From assembly GCF_963974515.1 (NCBI RefSeq), contig NZ_CAXBDD010000003.1, positions 71,898 to 135,897 on the forward strand: 64,000 nt of DNA, in the 5' to 3' direction. Within the stretch, counting starts at the first letter, position 1; each line of letters begins with the position of its first letter. Shown one piece after another: positions 1 to 10,228 of this stretch. The translations under genes and the position numbers were made by a program. This DNA is from an uncultured Sunxiuqinia sp. (GTDB taxonomy: Bacteria; Bacteroidota; Bacteroidia; Bacteroidales; Prolixibacteraceae). The notes below the pieces were generated by a model. The model did not search any database. It was not told where the DNA came from and saw nothing but the letters and a program-made list of their open reading frames with translations.

Positions 1-1
1 G

Positions 2-529
2 GATCGCCCGATGGAGGAAGTGTTGGCCGAATTGAGCAAGTATCCGATTAAAACTCGCCTGAACCTGAAAGGAACGCTAATTGTTGCCCGCGATATGGCT
101 CATGCCCGCTTGAAACAAATGATTGATGAAGGGCAGGAGATGCCGGATTATTTAAAGAAGCATCCGGTGTACTATGCCGGACCTGCGAAAACACCTGTAG
201 GTATGGCTTCCGGAAGTTTTGGTCCCACAACCGCCGGCCGAATGGATCCGTATGTCGATTTGTTTCAGAGTCTTGGGGGCTCTATGATTATGCTGGCCAA
301 AGGTAACCGCTCGCAACAAGTAACCGATGCCTGTCAAAAGTATGGAGGTTTTTACCTGGGATCGATCGGTGGCCCGGCAGCAATTCTTGCAAAAAGCAAC
401 ATTAAATCGGTTGAAGTTGTAGATTTTGAGGAACTGGGAATGGAGGCTATCCGAAAGATACGTGTGGAGAATTTTCCCGCATTCATCATTGTTGATGATA
501 AAGGAAATGATTTTTTCAAACAGATTTAA
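2..529 (+). CDS. Class I (Fe-S) fumarate hydratase, C-terminal part (5' truncated by window edge)
   Basis: Motifs [18 protein letters not shown] and GSIGGPAA are typical of the FumA/FumB C-terminal domain; frame is open from base 2. Confidence 0.92.
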   Translation, partial: DRPMEEVLAELSKYPIKTRLNLKGTLIVARDMAHARLKQMIDEGQEMPDYLKKHPVYYAGPAKTPVGMASGSFGPTTAGRMDPYVDLFQSLGGSMIMLAKGNRSQQVTDACQKYGGFYLGSIGGPAAILAKSNIKSVEVVDFEELGMEAIRKIRVENFPAFIIVDDKGNDFFKQI

Positions 530-570
530 GTCGGTCAAATTTGATCTTTCTAATAGGAGAAGATTTTATG

Positions 571-608
571 AAAGGGCATTCCAAAGTGCTGGAACGCCCT
601 TTATTTTT
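571..608 (+). terminator. Intrinsic terminator after fumarase
   Basis: Stem aaagggcattcca/tggaacgcccttt followed by a T-rich tract. Confidence 0.7.
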
Positions 609-752
609 GGCCTTATCAAATAGAAACACTCACCTGCACGAATTCCGGAAAAGCAAATTCGGCAGGCTGTTTGAAGAGCAAGAACAACTTGAGTCAACGT
701 TGGTGGTATAACATTTGTATTTGCAATAACTCGTATAAAAACATTGAGAATT

Positions 753-1640
753 ATGAGATATACAACAATTGGTTTAATCGTGATAATAGCCATGCTTGTG
801 GCAGGATGTGGTGCCCCAAAAGTAACAACATCATACCAGAATCTTGCGGAACAGGCCGTAGCCGAAGGAAATTTCGAAGCGGCAACCGCAAATTGGCGAT
901 TGTTCTTTGAGCAGCAATTGCTTGAAGAAAATGAAATTGCTCCGGAGCATTATGCCCAGGCCGGTAAAATGGCTTTTCGCGCCAACCAAGCCGATTTGGC
1001 GCTGGATTGGTTTCAACAGGCTGAATATGGAAATTATGCTGATGCCGGCATGTACCTCGATTTGGCCAACATTTACAAGGAGAAAGGAGATCTGCAAAAA
1101 GAGCTGGAAGCCCTGGAATTTTACCATCGCAATTATCAGGACAAAACGGACTTGGAAGGGGTCAATAGCCGTTTATTTCAGATCTATGCCCAAATTAAGG
1201 ACGAGAAAAAAGCCTTGGAGCTTTGGCCTCAGATGCGGCAGGAAGATCGTCAGGAAGAAGAAAATCTTGCCAACTATTTCGCTATTCAGCGACGGCTCGA
1301 TAATGAATCAGTGAGTGATTCAATTGCGGAAGCACTTGTGGAGATTAATCCAAAAAATATCCCAGCCTTGGAATGGTTGGGGATAAAATATTATAACCAA
1401 GCCGAAGAACGCTATCAACGCGAAATGAAAAAGTACGAAGCAAACAGAACACGGGTTCAGCACATTAAGCTGACTCAGGAGCTGAAAACTGTGACTGCCG
1501 ATTTTCGAAAGGCATTGGAGTATTTTAAACCCTTATGGGAAATTGATCAAAACCCTCGATATGCAGCTTATTTGGTCAATATTTACAACCGCTTTGAAGA
1601 TCCGGACACAGCCAACTATTATCGCAAATATCTGGAGTAA
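753..1640 (+). CDS. TPR-like helical lipoprotein
   Basis: Signal peptide with lipobox LVAGC, then Ala/Leu/Tyr-rich helical repeats; ATG 753 preferred over TTG 744. Confidence 0.7.
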   Translation: MRYTTIGLIVIIAMLVAGCGAPKVTTSYQNLAEQAVAEGNFEAATANWRLFFEQQLLEENEIAPEHYAQAGKMAFRANQADLALDWFQQAEYGNYADAGMYLDLANIYKEKGDLQKELEALEFYHRNYQDKTDLEGVNSRLFQIYAQIKDEKKALELWPQMRQEDRQEEENLANYFAIQRRLDNESVSDSIAEALVEINPKNIPALEWLGIKYYNQAEERYQREMKKYEANRTRVQHIKLTQELKTVTADFRKALEYFKPLWEIDQNPRYAAYLVNIYNRFEDPDTANYYRKYLE

Positions 1641-1741
1641 GCCAGTAGCCAATAAGGCCAAATCGGAAATAAATCTGTTAATGTTGTTTAGGACGAATCA
1701 GCTGAAAATAGTATCTTCGCCGGGATAAAAAATTAGAATTT

Positions 1742-2167
1742 ATGTTGAAAGGAATTATGTCGATATCAGGCCAGCCAGGGTTATTTAAGCTGGTAGCCGA
1801 AGCAAAGAATAGTATCATTGTTGAGTCGCTTGTTACCGGAAAGAGAATGCCGGCTTACTCCACTTCAAAAATCAGTGCATTGGAAGATATTGCAATCTTT
1901 ACCACAACTAGCGAAGTGCCATTGAAAGAGGTTCTTAAATCCATTTCAGAAAAAGAGAACGGAGGCCAGGCAACAATAAAAGGTTCTGGCAATGAGCTGA
2001 AAACCTATTTTGAAGAAGTCTTGCCGGAATACGACAAGGATCGTGTGTACGTTTCAGATATGAAAAAAGTAATTCAGTGGTATAACTTACTGCAAAGCAA
2101 AGAACTTCTGAATTTTGACGAAGAATCGGAAACTGATGGTAACATGGAATCAGAGTCCGAGGCTTAA
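1742..2167 (+). CDS. DUF5606 family protein
   Basis: N-terminus MLKGIMSISGQPGLFKLV and motif DRVYVSDMKKVIQWYN match this Bacteroidota-conserved family. Confidence 0.8.
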   Translation: MLKGIMSISGQPGLFKLVAEAKNSIIVESLVTGKRMPAYSTSKISALEDIAIFTTTSEVPLKEVLKSISEKENGGQATIKGSGNELKTYFEEVLPEYDKDRVYVSDMKKVIQWYNLLQSKELLNFDEESETDGNMESESEA

Positions 2168-2257
2168 GGTTTTTATTGACGTTCGAAATATGGAAGTAGC
2201 AAATCATGCTTTGAAGCAGATTTGCTACTTTTTTTTATTATGCTGAAATTTGATGTT

Positions 2258-3139
2258 ATGGAACAACAAATTATCAGCGAGATCATCAAAAAATACGAAT
2301 CCGAATTTTCGGAAAAGTTGGTCATTAATAATAAGCAATCGGTTGGAGGCGGTTGTATCAGCCACAGTCTGAAACTGGAGACCAACCACGGCGTTTTCTT
2401 TTTGAAATGGAACACCAATACTCCCGATGATTTGTTTGTGCGCGAAGCCGAATCACTCAACGAATTAGGGACAGGTAACCAGTCAGGTTTGCGGATCCCC
2501 AAAGCAATCCTCGCCAATCAAGCGTCAGACCTGCCCGGCTATCTGTTGCTCGAATTCCTCTCCTCGGGCCATACGGCTGCCGAAGATGAAAAACTTGGAA
2601 TTGGACTGGCACGCCTCCATCGAAAAACAAACGATGCTTTCGGCTTTCATCACAACAACTATTGCGGATCGACAGAACAAGACAACCGTTGGAATCCGGA
2701 TTGGATTGATTTTTTCGGACAACAACGAATTTGCTTTCTGGTTGAGAAAATAAGCCAGACCCGATCACTTACATCAACCGAAAGAGAAACTTACAGCAAG
2801 CTGGTTGACCGTTTGCCTAATCTGATTCCTTCAAATCCGGAGGCCTCGCTGATTCATGGCGACCTTTGGTCCGGAAATTATCTGTACACTACGCAAGGGC
2901 CGGCCCTGATTGATCCGGCAAGTTATTATGCCGATCGGGAAATGGAGCTTTCAATGATGACCATGTTTGGCGGATTTTCGCCAACAACCTGGCGCGCCTA
3001 CCAAAATGAGTTTCCATTGCAAGCTGGATGGGAAGAACGCATTCAGCTTTACCAGATTTACCATGTGCTGAATCACTATTTCCTGTTTGGCGGATCCTAC
3101 GGAAGTCAAGCCCTTAGCATGGCCCAACGGTATTTATAA
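2258..3139 (+). CDS. Fructosamine kinase family protein
   Basis: VGGGCIS, FFLKWN, LIHGDLWSGN, IDPASYYADREMEL and YHVLNH motifs. Confidence 0.9.
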   Translation: MEQQIISEIIKKYESEFSEKLVINNKQSVGGGCISHSLKLETNHGVFFLKWNTNTPDDLFVREAESLNELGTGNQSGLRIPKAILANQASDLPGYLLLEFLSSGHTAAEDEKLGIGLARLHRKTNDAFGFHHNNYCGSTEQDNRWNPDWIDFFGQQRICFLVEKISQTRSLTSTERETYSKLVDRLPNLIPSNPEASLIHGDLWSGNYLYTTQGPALIDPASYYADREMELSMMTMFGGFSPTTWRAYQNEFPLQAGWEERIQLYQIYHVLNHYFLFGGSYGSQALSMAQRYL

Positions 3140-3387
3140 ATCGGGAAAATCCGACAACACCAATAGCTTCGCAAGTTCTTGCGGATGATTCACAAGCTCC
3201 TACAAACGCTTCCCAAACTCATATGGATGAGTTCCAAGGCGGTCAAATGAAGGATAATGCTTTTCGGCTAAGGCACCAGCGGCGTCCGATGCACGCCGGA
3301 ATCAATTGCTTACGAATAAATTCCAGGGTCTAATTTCCAAATTCCATCCTACATCCAGCAAATCACCAATTATCCAATCACCAACAT

Positions 3388-4038
3388 TCAAATCTCCACC
3401 AACTGGTTTTTTATGGCGTACATCACCAGTTGTGCGGTATTTTTGCTTTCGCTTTTTTCCAGAATATTGGAGCGGTGTTTATCTACCGTTCGTTTCGAAA
3501 TGTAGAGTTGATCAGCAATCTCCTGGTTCGAAAAACCCTGGCATATCAAGATCAAAATTTCCGTTTCGCGTTCCGAAAGTACGTTTTGTTTTTCGTGGTG
3601 TTGTGATTTGGAGCGAAGGCTGTTGACAAGGTTTTTCAGTAGTTCGGACGAAAAATAGGTACCACCTTCCAGTACAGTTTGCAAAGCTGCTTTCACTTCG
3701 TTGATATCGGAGTTTTTCAGCAAAAACCCCTTTACGCCGGCATCAACCATCTTGTAGTAATAATCTTCTTCGCCATACATCGACAGCGTAATGATTTTCA
3801 GATCAGGCAATTTTTCGAGCGCCAACCGGGCTGCATCAATTCCATCCATCACCGGCATGTCGATGTCGAGCAAAACCAAATCAGGAACGTGCGATTCGAG
3901 CAAATCGATAAACTCCCGGCCGTTTGCTGCTTCAGCAGTCACTTTGTATTCATTCAAATTATTCAACAATATTCGCAAGCCGTTGCGAAATAAAGTATGG
4001 TCGTCGACCAACATGATTCTATACGGTGCTTTACTCAT
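3388..4038 (-). CDS. NarL/LuxR-family response regulator
   Basis: REC domain (LVDDH, DLVLLDIDMP, GFLLK) plus LuxR HTH (LSERETEIL...IADQLYISKRTVDKHRSNI). Confidence 0.95.
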   Translation of the reverse strand: MSKAPYRIMLVDDHTLFRNGLRILLNNLNEYKVTAEAANGREFIDLLESHVPDLVLLDIDMPVMDGIDAARLALEKLPDLKIITLSMYGEEDYYYKMVDAGVKGFLLKNSDINEVKAALQTVLEGGTYFSSELLKNLVNSLRSKSQHHEKQNVLSERETEILILICQGFSNQEIADQLYISKRTVDKHRSNILEKSESKNTAQLVMYAIKNQLVEI

Positions 4039-4990
4039 CGGTTGTTTTTACTTTAATGTAAACCTGTGTTCCCTCCCCGGTTTTGCTTTTAAGCGATATT
4101 TCGCCTTTTAGGGAATTGATACGCGAATAAATATTTGAAAAGCCCATACCGCCCACCAAGGGTTGTTCCTCCAGCTTTTCCATGTCAAAACCGATCCCGT
4201 CATCCTGATATGATATCAAAAGATCACTGGCTTCCTTTTGCAGTTGAATAGAAATGGTCTTTGCTTGAGCATGTTTGATCGTGTTGTTGATCAGCTCGCA
4301 AACCACACGATACAAAACCACTTCAATATTATTGCTGAAACGCTCATTTCCCAGATTTGATTCGAGTTCAATGTGGATAGCCCGGGTGGCATTAATTTTA
4401 TTGCTGAAGTTGCGCAAAGCTCGCAACAAACCAAAGTTGTTGAGTACATGAGGACTCAGATTATCCGATATTTCTTTCAGCGATTTGATAGCCTCATTGA
4501 TCACCATTTCGGTGTTGTCTACAATTTCTTTCGAAGCCTGATCATGCTCCAGCTGGGCCAGCGAAGAGACCGACATCTTTACGGTTGAGAGCAGTGGCCC
4601 AAGTCCGTCGTGCAGATCTTTGGCAAACCGCTTGCGTTCTTTTTCTTCGGTTTGAATGATGGCATTCAGAAACATCTTCTCCGTAAGGCGACGCGAATCT
4701 TCCACCCGTTTCATGTATTTAAAAATACGCTGAATCATAAACACGCCAATAGCGAAAGAGAGGGAAATGACCACTCCAAACCAAACGGCCACTTCACCCA
4801 GTTCCTGAGGCTCAAAATTACTGATGTAAGGCAGAAATTCGAGCATTCGGCTGACGGCCATGAAAATAAAGCCAATGGTCAGTAAAATCCATGAAAAATT
4901 GTACTTCGTCACCCGGGTCAGCTTAATAGCTACGCCAACAGCAAAAATTTGCAGCACAATGGAAATTGCCAATAGAACCTGAAGTACCAT
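4031..4990 (-). CDS. Membrane sensor histidine kinase (HisKA_3 type)
   Basis: Three N-terminal TM helices, H-box ERKRFAKDLHDGLGP, N-box ELINNTIKHA, DDGIGF; overlaps the regulator start. Confidence 0.93.
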   Translation of the reverse strand: MVLQVLLAISIVLQIFAVGVAIKLTRVTKYNFSWILLTIGFIFMAVSRMLEFLPYISNFEPQELGEVAVWFGVVISLSFAIGVFMIQRIFKYMKRVEDSRRLTEKMFLNAIIQTEEKERKRFAKDLHDGLGPLLSTVKMSVSSLAQLEHDQASKEIVDNTEMVINEAIKSLKEISDNLSPHVLNNFGLLRALRNFSNKINATRAIHIELESNLGNERFSNNIEVVLYRVVCELINNTIKHAQAKTISIQLQKEASDLLISYQDDGIGFDMEKLEEQPLVGGMGFSNIYSRINSLKGEISLKSKTGEGTQVYIKVKTTDE

Positions 4991-5251
4991 ATCCGGAGTA
5001 ATTAATCGCTTTCTGCAAATGTACGATTGCCTGCGGGCTTTTCAAACTAAGGAACCACGAGCACTGCTATTTTATCGTTTCCCTCGTAAGTGCGACCTTC
5101 TACCCGTTTTCATAAGCGAATAAAATGAAGCCAGACAATGCGGGGGTTGGTGCGCCTGACCGAAAATGAATCCTTGAAATACCTCATCGGCTTAAAGAAA
5201 AAAATTGTATTTTGACCGGTAAATAATTCGCAAATCACTAATTCTGAAATT

Positions 5252-5419
5252 ATGAGCATTCTTCGTATAATTTTTGCTATTATTCTTCCTCCCCTAGGCG
5301 TTTTTCTCACCGTTGGGTTGAAAGGTGCATTTTGGTTGAATATTTTACTCACCCTACTTGGCTTTATTCCGGGAATCGTGCATGCCGTATGGATCATTGC
5401 CAAGCATGATCAGGCGTGA
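5252..5419 (+). CDS. YqaE/Pmp3 family small membrane protein (55 aa, missing from ORF track)
   Basis: Hand translation MSILRIIFAIILPPLGVFLTVGLKGAFWLNILLTLLGFIPGIVHAVWIIAKHDQA carries the Pmp3 signature LPPLGV...NILLTLLGFIPGIVHA. Confidence 0.93.
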   Translation: MSILRIIFAIILPPLGVFLTVGLKGAFWLNILLTLLGFIPGIVHAVWIIAKHDQA

Positions 5420-6534
5420 GTGGTTCCCAAATCATATTGTTGTCCTTGGCAGCGCTTTTTGTAGTGGCCACAATTGCTTCTCATTTGAAATGGACGGCTT
5501 GGTGGATTCGGCTAACTGATTTCCCACGTCTGCAGATCACCTCAGCGATGCTGGTAATTTTAATTGTGAGTCTGACTTTTTATCGTTTTGATAACGTGTG
5601 GCAGATATCAATCAGTGGCTTGTTGATTTTAAGCATCGCATATCAATTGGAAAAAATCATTCGCTACACCATCTTTTGGCCGAAGCAGGTCATGGATTAT
5701 CACGGAAATAATGAGTCCCAATCTGTTTCATTGATGGTGAGTAATGTGCTTCAAACCAACCAAAATGCGTTGAAATTACTCAAGCTTATTGAAAAAATGA
5801 AGCCTGATATGTTGCTCACCGTTGAAACAGACGATTGGTGGGAGAAGCATATGTGCCCCATTGAAAAGGACTATATACACACCGTGAAAAAAACCTTGGA
5901 TAATTTGTATGGCATGATTTTATACTCCAAACTGGAGCTGAAAGATGCGAAAATAAATTACCTGATTGAAGAAGATATTCCTTCCATTGAGGCACAGGTT
6001 AAGCTGCGGTCGGGCCAGTTCATTCAAATTTACTGTTTGCATCCCAAACCTCCGTTTCCAACCGAAAGTGATACCTCTACCAATCGCGATGGCGAACTGC
6101 TGCTGATTGGGAAGAAAATTGAAAAGGACCGTAAGCCTGCGATGGTTTTCGGCGATTTTAACGATGTAGCCTGGTCTAAATCTACCCGCTTGTTTCAGAA
6201 AGTTAGCCAGCTGTTGGATCCCCGTGTTGGCAGAGGTTTTTTCAATACTTTCCATGCCAATTACGCGCTGATGCGCTGGCCACTGGATCATATTTTTCAT
6301 TCGTCCGATTTTAAGTTGATTCAAATTAAACGCTTGAGGTCAGTTGGGTCCGATCATTTTCCCATGTATGTCAAGCTTCATTTTGAACCAGCTTCAAGTC
6401 ACTTGGATGAAGAGCCGCAGGCAGATCGGCAAGAAGACCAGGAAGCTAACGAAAAGATACGGGATGCGAATCCTAGAAAATATCAGCATTTGGCTGATCC
6501 CGAAAATGACATGAGAATTATTCCGAATCCTTGA
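5416..6534 (+). CDS. Membrane-anchored endonuclease/exonuclease/phosphatase (EEP) family protein
   Basis: N-terminal TM helices; SNV, LTVETD, HPKPP, GDFND, PLDHIF and GSDHFP motifs; GTG start overlaps Pmp3 stop. Confidence 0.88.
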   Translation: MSGSQIILLSLAALFVVATIASHLKWTAWWIRLTDFPRLQITSAMLVILIVSLTFYRFDNVWQISISGLLILSIAYQLEKIIRYTIFWPKQVMDYHGNNESQSVSLMVSNVLQTNQNALKLLKLIEKMKPDMLLTVETDDWWEKHMCPIEKDYIHTVKKTLDNLYGMILYSKLELKDAKINYLIEEDIPSIEAQVKLRSGQFIQIYCLHPKPPFPTESDTSTNRDGELLLIGKKIEKDRKPAMVFGDFNDVAWSKSTRLFQKVSQLLDPRVGRGFFNTFHANYALMRWPLDHIFHSSDFKLIQIKRLRSVGSDHFPMYVKLHFEPASSHLDEEPQADRQEDQEANEKIRDANPRKYQHLADPENDMRIIPNP

Positions 6535-6552
6535 ATCTTCTCATTAATCGTG

Positions 6553-6560
6553 TAATTTTG
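6553..6560 (+). promoter_or_regulatory. Bacteroidota -7 promoter element TAATTTTG upstream of the helicase
   Basis: Matches TAnnTTTG consensus about 58 nt before the ATG. Confidence 0.55.
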
Positions 6561-6617
6561 TCTCAGCACCGGTTGAAGGCCGGATTCAATTTTCAATCGA
6601 CCTCTTAGCATAAACGC

Positions 6618-9600
6618 ATGTCAAAACTCAAAATATACAAAGCTTCGGCCGGTTCGGGAAAGACCTTTCGTCTGGCACTGGAGTACCTGAAAATCGCCTT
6701 GGCGAATGAATGGAATTACAAAAATATTCTGGCGGTAACCTTCACCAATAAGGCAACCACCGAAATGAAAGAGCGGGTGATTGAAGAATTGTACGTGCTG
6801 GCTAAAGAGCAGTCTTCGGCTTATTTGCCCATCCTCATGGATGAAATGAAGCTGAGTGCTGTGGAGATTGCTGACCGGGCCAGAAAAAGCCTAAAAAGGA
6901 TTCTGCATGATTATTCCCGTTTTTCAATCAGCACCATCGACAGCTTTTTTCAGCGGGTCATCAAATCCTTTAACCGCGAACTGGGAATCAATGCCGCTTA
7001 CCAAGTGGACCTGGAAGACAACCTGATTTTGGAAGAAGCGGTGGATGAATTGTTGTTATCTATTGAAGACAATCCGGAGTTGCTGGAATGGCTTAAAACG
7101 TTTGCCAATGAAAAGATACGGGAAGGTGGTGGCTGGAACCTAAAGAACGATATTCTGAAGCTTGGCGTACAGATTTACGACGAGACGTTTAAAGCACTCA
7201 ATCAAACCCTGCATGAAAAGATCAACAACAAACAGTTTATCACCAACTATAAAAAGACATTAAACAGCCTGATTTTTCAGTTTGAAAGTACCCTGAAGAA
7301 AATTGGCCGCGCTGGTTTACAGGCAATGCAGCAACACGGGGTTTCGGTCGATGATTTCAAATACAAAAAAAGCGGAGCGTCCACTTCATTTCAGCGGTTG
7401 GCCGATTTCAACCTTGATACCTGGCCGGGAAAACGCGTGGTTGAAGCGGCTGACGATCCCGAAGTGTGGACCACGCAAACCTCGAAGGTTAATGTGAAGG
7501 AAGCTGTGGCGGCCCTCCAACCACTTCTGCAGGAAGCCGTAACTTTCTATTTTAAAAAACTGCATGAATATAACAGTGCCAAGCTCATTACCAGCCAGCT
7601 TTATACGCTGGGAATTTTGGTCGATTTGCAGTCCATGGTGCGCAAGGTGACGCAGGAAAAGGGCGTGGTGCTCATTTCCGAGTCGGGCACTTTGCTAAAA
7701 AAAATCATTGACGATTCGGACGCACCGTTTATCTACGAAAAGACGGGTGTTTTTTACAATCATTTTATGATCGATGAATTTCAGGATACGTCAGGCTTGC
7801 AGTGGGGCAATTTTAGGCCACTGATCACCAACGCACTGTCAGAAGACCATCTGGGAATGGTGGTGGGTGATGTGAAACAAGCTATTTACCGTTGGCGAAA
7901 TGGTGACTGGAATTTGCTGGCAAGCCAGGTTGGGAAGCAGTTTCCAGCCAATGGAGTGGAGGAGGAGACTCTTCAGAAAAACTGGCGAAGTACCGGCAAT
8001 GTCATTCGGTTCAACAACAGTATCTTCCAGATTTTGCCGAAGTTATTTCAGCAAAACATTAATAGTGAGTTGGAAGAGAACCGGCTTAAAGATACCGAAA
8101 TGGCCAGGCAAATTGAGTTGCTGTATGGCGAAAGCCTGCAAGAAATAGCCAATGTCAAGCTGAATAATGAGGGTGCCGTTCGCATGCGTTTCTTTAATAA
8201 GCCCAAAGATCAAGAGAAAGAGGAATTGCTTGAAACAATTTTGGATGAGCTGGTGGAACGGATCCGGGAGGTGCAAAACATTGGTGCGAAGGGGCGGGAA
8301 ATAGCCGTTTTGGTGCGTAAAAAGGATGAAGCCAAGTTGGTTGCAGACCGGCTGTTGCAGGAAAAATCGAAGTCGGATTTGAACTGCAATTTCAATATTC
8401 TTTCAAGCGAGTCGCTGTTTGTTAAAAATTCGCCCGCCGTGGGTTTTGTGTTGGCTTTGCTCCAGTTGCTTGCCGATCCGAACGATGATGTCGCCTTGGC
8501 GCTTGCGAATCATCTATACTACAACGAGCTGTTTGATCAGCTCAAAAGCATTGGCCAGGTGCCCGATTTGTCGATTTCTTCTTCTCCGCAACTGACCCTT
8601 GGATTTGAGGCGCATGAGAAACCGGATAAAACCAGTTGGTTTGAAAAACGAAAGCATGAAAGCAACGTGCTTTCTGACTTCTTATCCAGCGACTATTTTT
8701 CAGAAACGCTGGGCGGACGAAACATTCAGGAGATCGCCTTTAAAATTTCTGAAATCTTTAACCTGTTTAGTCTGAATGAAGAGCTGGCTTACTTACAGGC
8801 CTTTATCGACCAGGTGGCCGAATTTATGGTAACCCGAACGGCCGATATTGCGGCTTTCCTCGGCTGGTGGGATGAACAGGGACATAAGAAAACGGTTGCT
8901 GTTTCCGAAGAGCTGGACGCCATCCGAATCCAAACCATTCACAAAGCCAAGGGTCTGGAGTATAATTATGTGTTTATTCCCTTTTGCGATTGGAAAACAG
9001 ATGTAGCGGCGCAACATGCACCCATTCTATGGTGTCAACCCAAGTTGGCACCTTTTGACCAACTGGAACTGGTACCCGTTAAATTTGAAAAACGAATGGG
9101 CGAATCTATTTTCTTTCAGGAATATTTTCAGGAAAAGATAAGTCATTACATTGATAATCTGAACATGCTTTATGTGGCCTTTACACGGGCACGCACCGCT
9201 CTGTTCACCTGGTCGGTTACAACCGGCAAGTTTGGAAATATGGCCGACGTACTGCATAATGCCATGGAGCTGGCTGATCATTTGCCTTTAAACGCAGCGG
9301 ATTCGCTTTTTTGCAAATTGTCGGACTACTACGATTCAGACAATTCCTGCTTTTCGTTTGGTGAAATTTCTGTCTCATCGAAAAAAGAAAAAGTGAAAGA
9401 AAACGGACTGGTATTGAATGAATTTCGCTTCGCTGATTTTCATAATTGCCTGAACCTGAGAAAACGCAATGAGCACTTTTTTGCAGCCGATCAGTTGACT
9501 TCAACCAAAATAAACAAAGGCCGGATTTTTCATGAAGTACTGGCCCGGATTTCAACCGCAGCGGATGTTGACTTTGCTGTCAGTGAGCTGGTGTTTAAAG

Positions 9601-9929
9601 GTGTGGTGCAGGCCGCTGAAGGAGAACAAATGAAGCTGCAATTGCATGAGTTGGTCACCGACCCCGAAGTTAAATTATGGTTCGATGGGAGCTATCGGGT
9701 ACTGAATGAGCGATCGATATTAACTGGCACAGAGTTGAAACGTCCCGACCGCATCATGCTGAACGACGAGGAAGTGATTGTGGTGGATTATAAGTCAGGC
9801 GAGATGGAACTGGACAAATATCACTACCAGGTTCGAACTTATGTGAATGAGTTGAAGCGCTGCGGCTACCCGAATGTTTCCGGCTACATTTGGTACACCC
9901 AAACCAATAAACGTGTAAAGGTTGGATGA
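6618..9929 (+). CDS. UvrD/AddA-like ATP-dependent helicase with C-terminal PD-(D/E)XK nuclease
   Basis: ASAGSGKT, TFTNKAT, IDEFQDTS, GDVKQAIYRWR, NWRS, TIHKAKGLE, YVAFTRA; nuclease RPDR...VDYKSG. Confidence 0.93.
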   Translation: MSKLKIYKASAGSGKTFRLALEYLKIALANEWNYKNILAVTFTNKATTEMKERVIEELYVLAKEQSSAYLPILMDEMKLSAVEIADRARKSLKRILHDYSRFSISTIDSFFQRVIKSFNRELGINAAYQVDLEDNLILEEAVDELLLSIEDNPELLEWLKTFANEKIREGGGWNLKNDILKLGVQIYDETFKALNQTLHEKINNKQFITNYKKTLNSLIFQFESTLKKIGRAGLQAMQQHGVSVDDFKYKKSGASTSFQRLADFNLDTWPGKRVVEAADDPEVWTTQTSKVNVKEAVAALQPLLQEAVTFYFKKLHEYNSAKLITSQLYTLGILVDLQSMVRKVTQEKGVVLISESGTLLKKIIDDSDAPFIYEKTGVFYNHFMIDEFQDTSGLQWGNFRPLITNALSEDHLGMVVGDVKQAIYRWRNGDWNLLASQVGKQFPANGVEEETLQKNWRSTGNVIRFNNSIFQILPKLFQQNINSELEENRLKDTEMARQIELLYGESLQEIANVKLNNEGAVRMRFFNKPKDQEKEELLETILDELVERIREVQNIGAKGREIAVLVRKKDEAKLVADRLLQEKSKSDLNCNFNILSSESLFVKNSPAVGFVLALLQLLADPNDDVALALANHLYYNELFDQLKSIGQVPDLSISSSPQLTLGFEAHEKPDKTSWFEKRKHESNVLSDFLSSDYFSETLGGRNIQEIAFKISEIFNLFSLNEELAYLQAFIDQVAEFMVTRTADIAAFLGWWDEQGHKKTVAVSEELDAIRIQTIHKAKGLEYNYVFIPFCDWKTDVAAQHAPILWCQPKLAPFDQLELVPVKFEKRMGESIFFQEYFQEKISHYIDNLNMLYVAFTRARTALFTWSVTTGKFGNMADVLHNAMELADHLPLNAADSLFCKLSDYYDSDNSCFSFGEISVSSKKEKVKENGLVLNEFRFADFHNCLNLRKRNEHFFAADQLTSTKINKGRIFHEVLARISTAADVDFAVSELVFKGVVQAAEGEQMKLQLHELVTDPEVKLWFDGSYRVLNERSILTGTELKRPDRIMLNDEEVIVVDYKSGEMELDKYHYQVRTYVNELKRCGYPNVSGYIWYTQTNKRVKVG

Positions 9930-9930
9930 T

Positions 9931-10140
9931 TAGTTCTGAGGCACCGGTGGCTGTGTGCCTTGTCCGCAAGAACTTGCTAATCATCCAACGGAGTTGGATT
10001 CTGAATGCTCGAACCCGCGCCTTAGTATGTGTTTGTTTTTTTGAATTTGTCCGCCAGCTGGCAGATGGAATTCAATGCGGCGGTCACTGAGTGCCAGTGG
10101 TTCGACGAAACTGGAAACTGCGACTGCGACTAACAACTTA
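9931..10140. repeat. Mosaic of short palindromic/REP-like intergenic repeats
   Basis: tccgcaagaacttgc (9963-9977) is the exact reverse complement of 3171-3185; also ccgccagctggcag and ctgcgactgcgact. Confidence 0.45.
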
Positions 10141-10228
10141 CTGGAAGGTGGCGTTAAATCAAAACATTTCTCCTTTTACTATTGCCACATTTGCCCAAAA
10201 ATGTAATTTTGTCACAAAATTCAACATT

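Noticed and set aside
5110-5403. 97-aa minus-strand ORF
   Set aside because: Antisense shadow of the real Pmp3 gene at 5252-5419 and its promoter region
6618-9929. Helicase-nuclease as a defence system; missing AddB partner
   Set aside because: Motifs fit housekeeping AddA; the partner can be encoded elsewhere in the genome
10091-10228. N-terminal extension of DUF4293 in the ORF track
   Set aside because: Runs through repeat DNA and the promoter; the family starts at MIQRIQ (10229)
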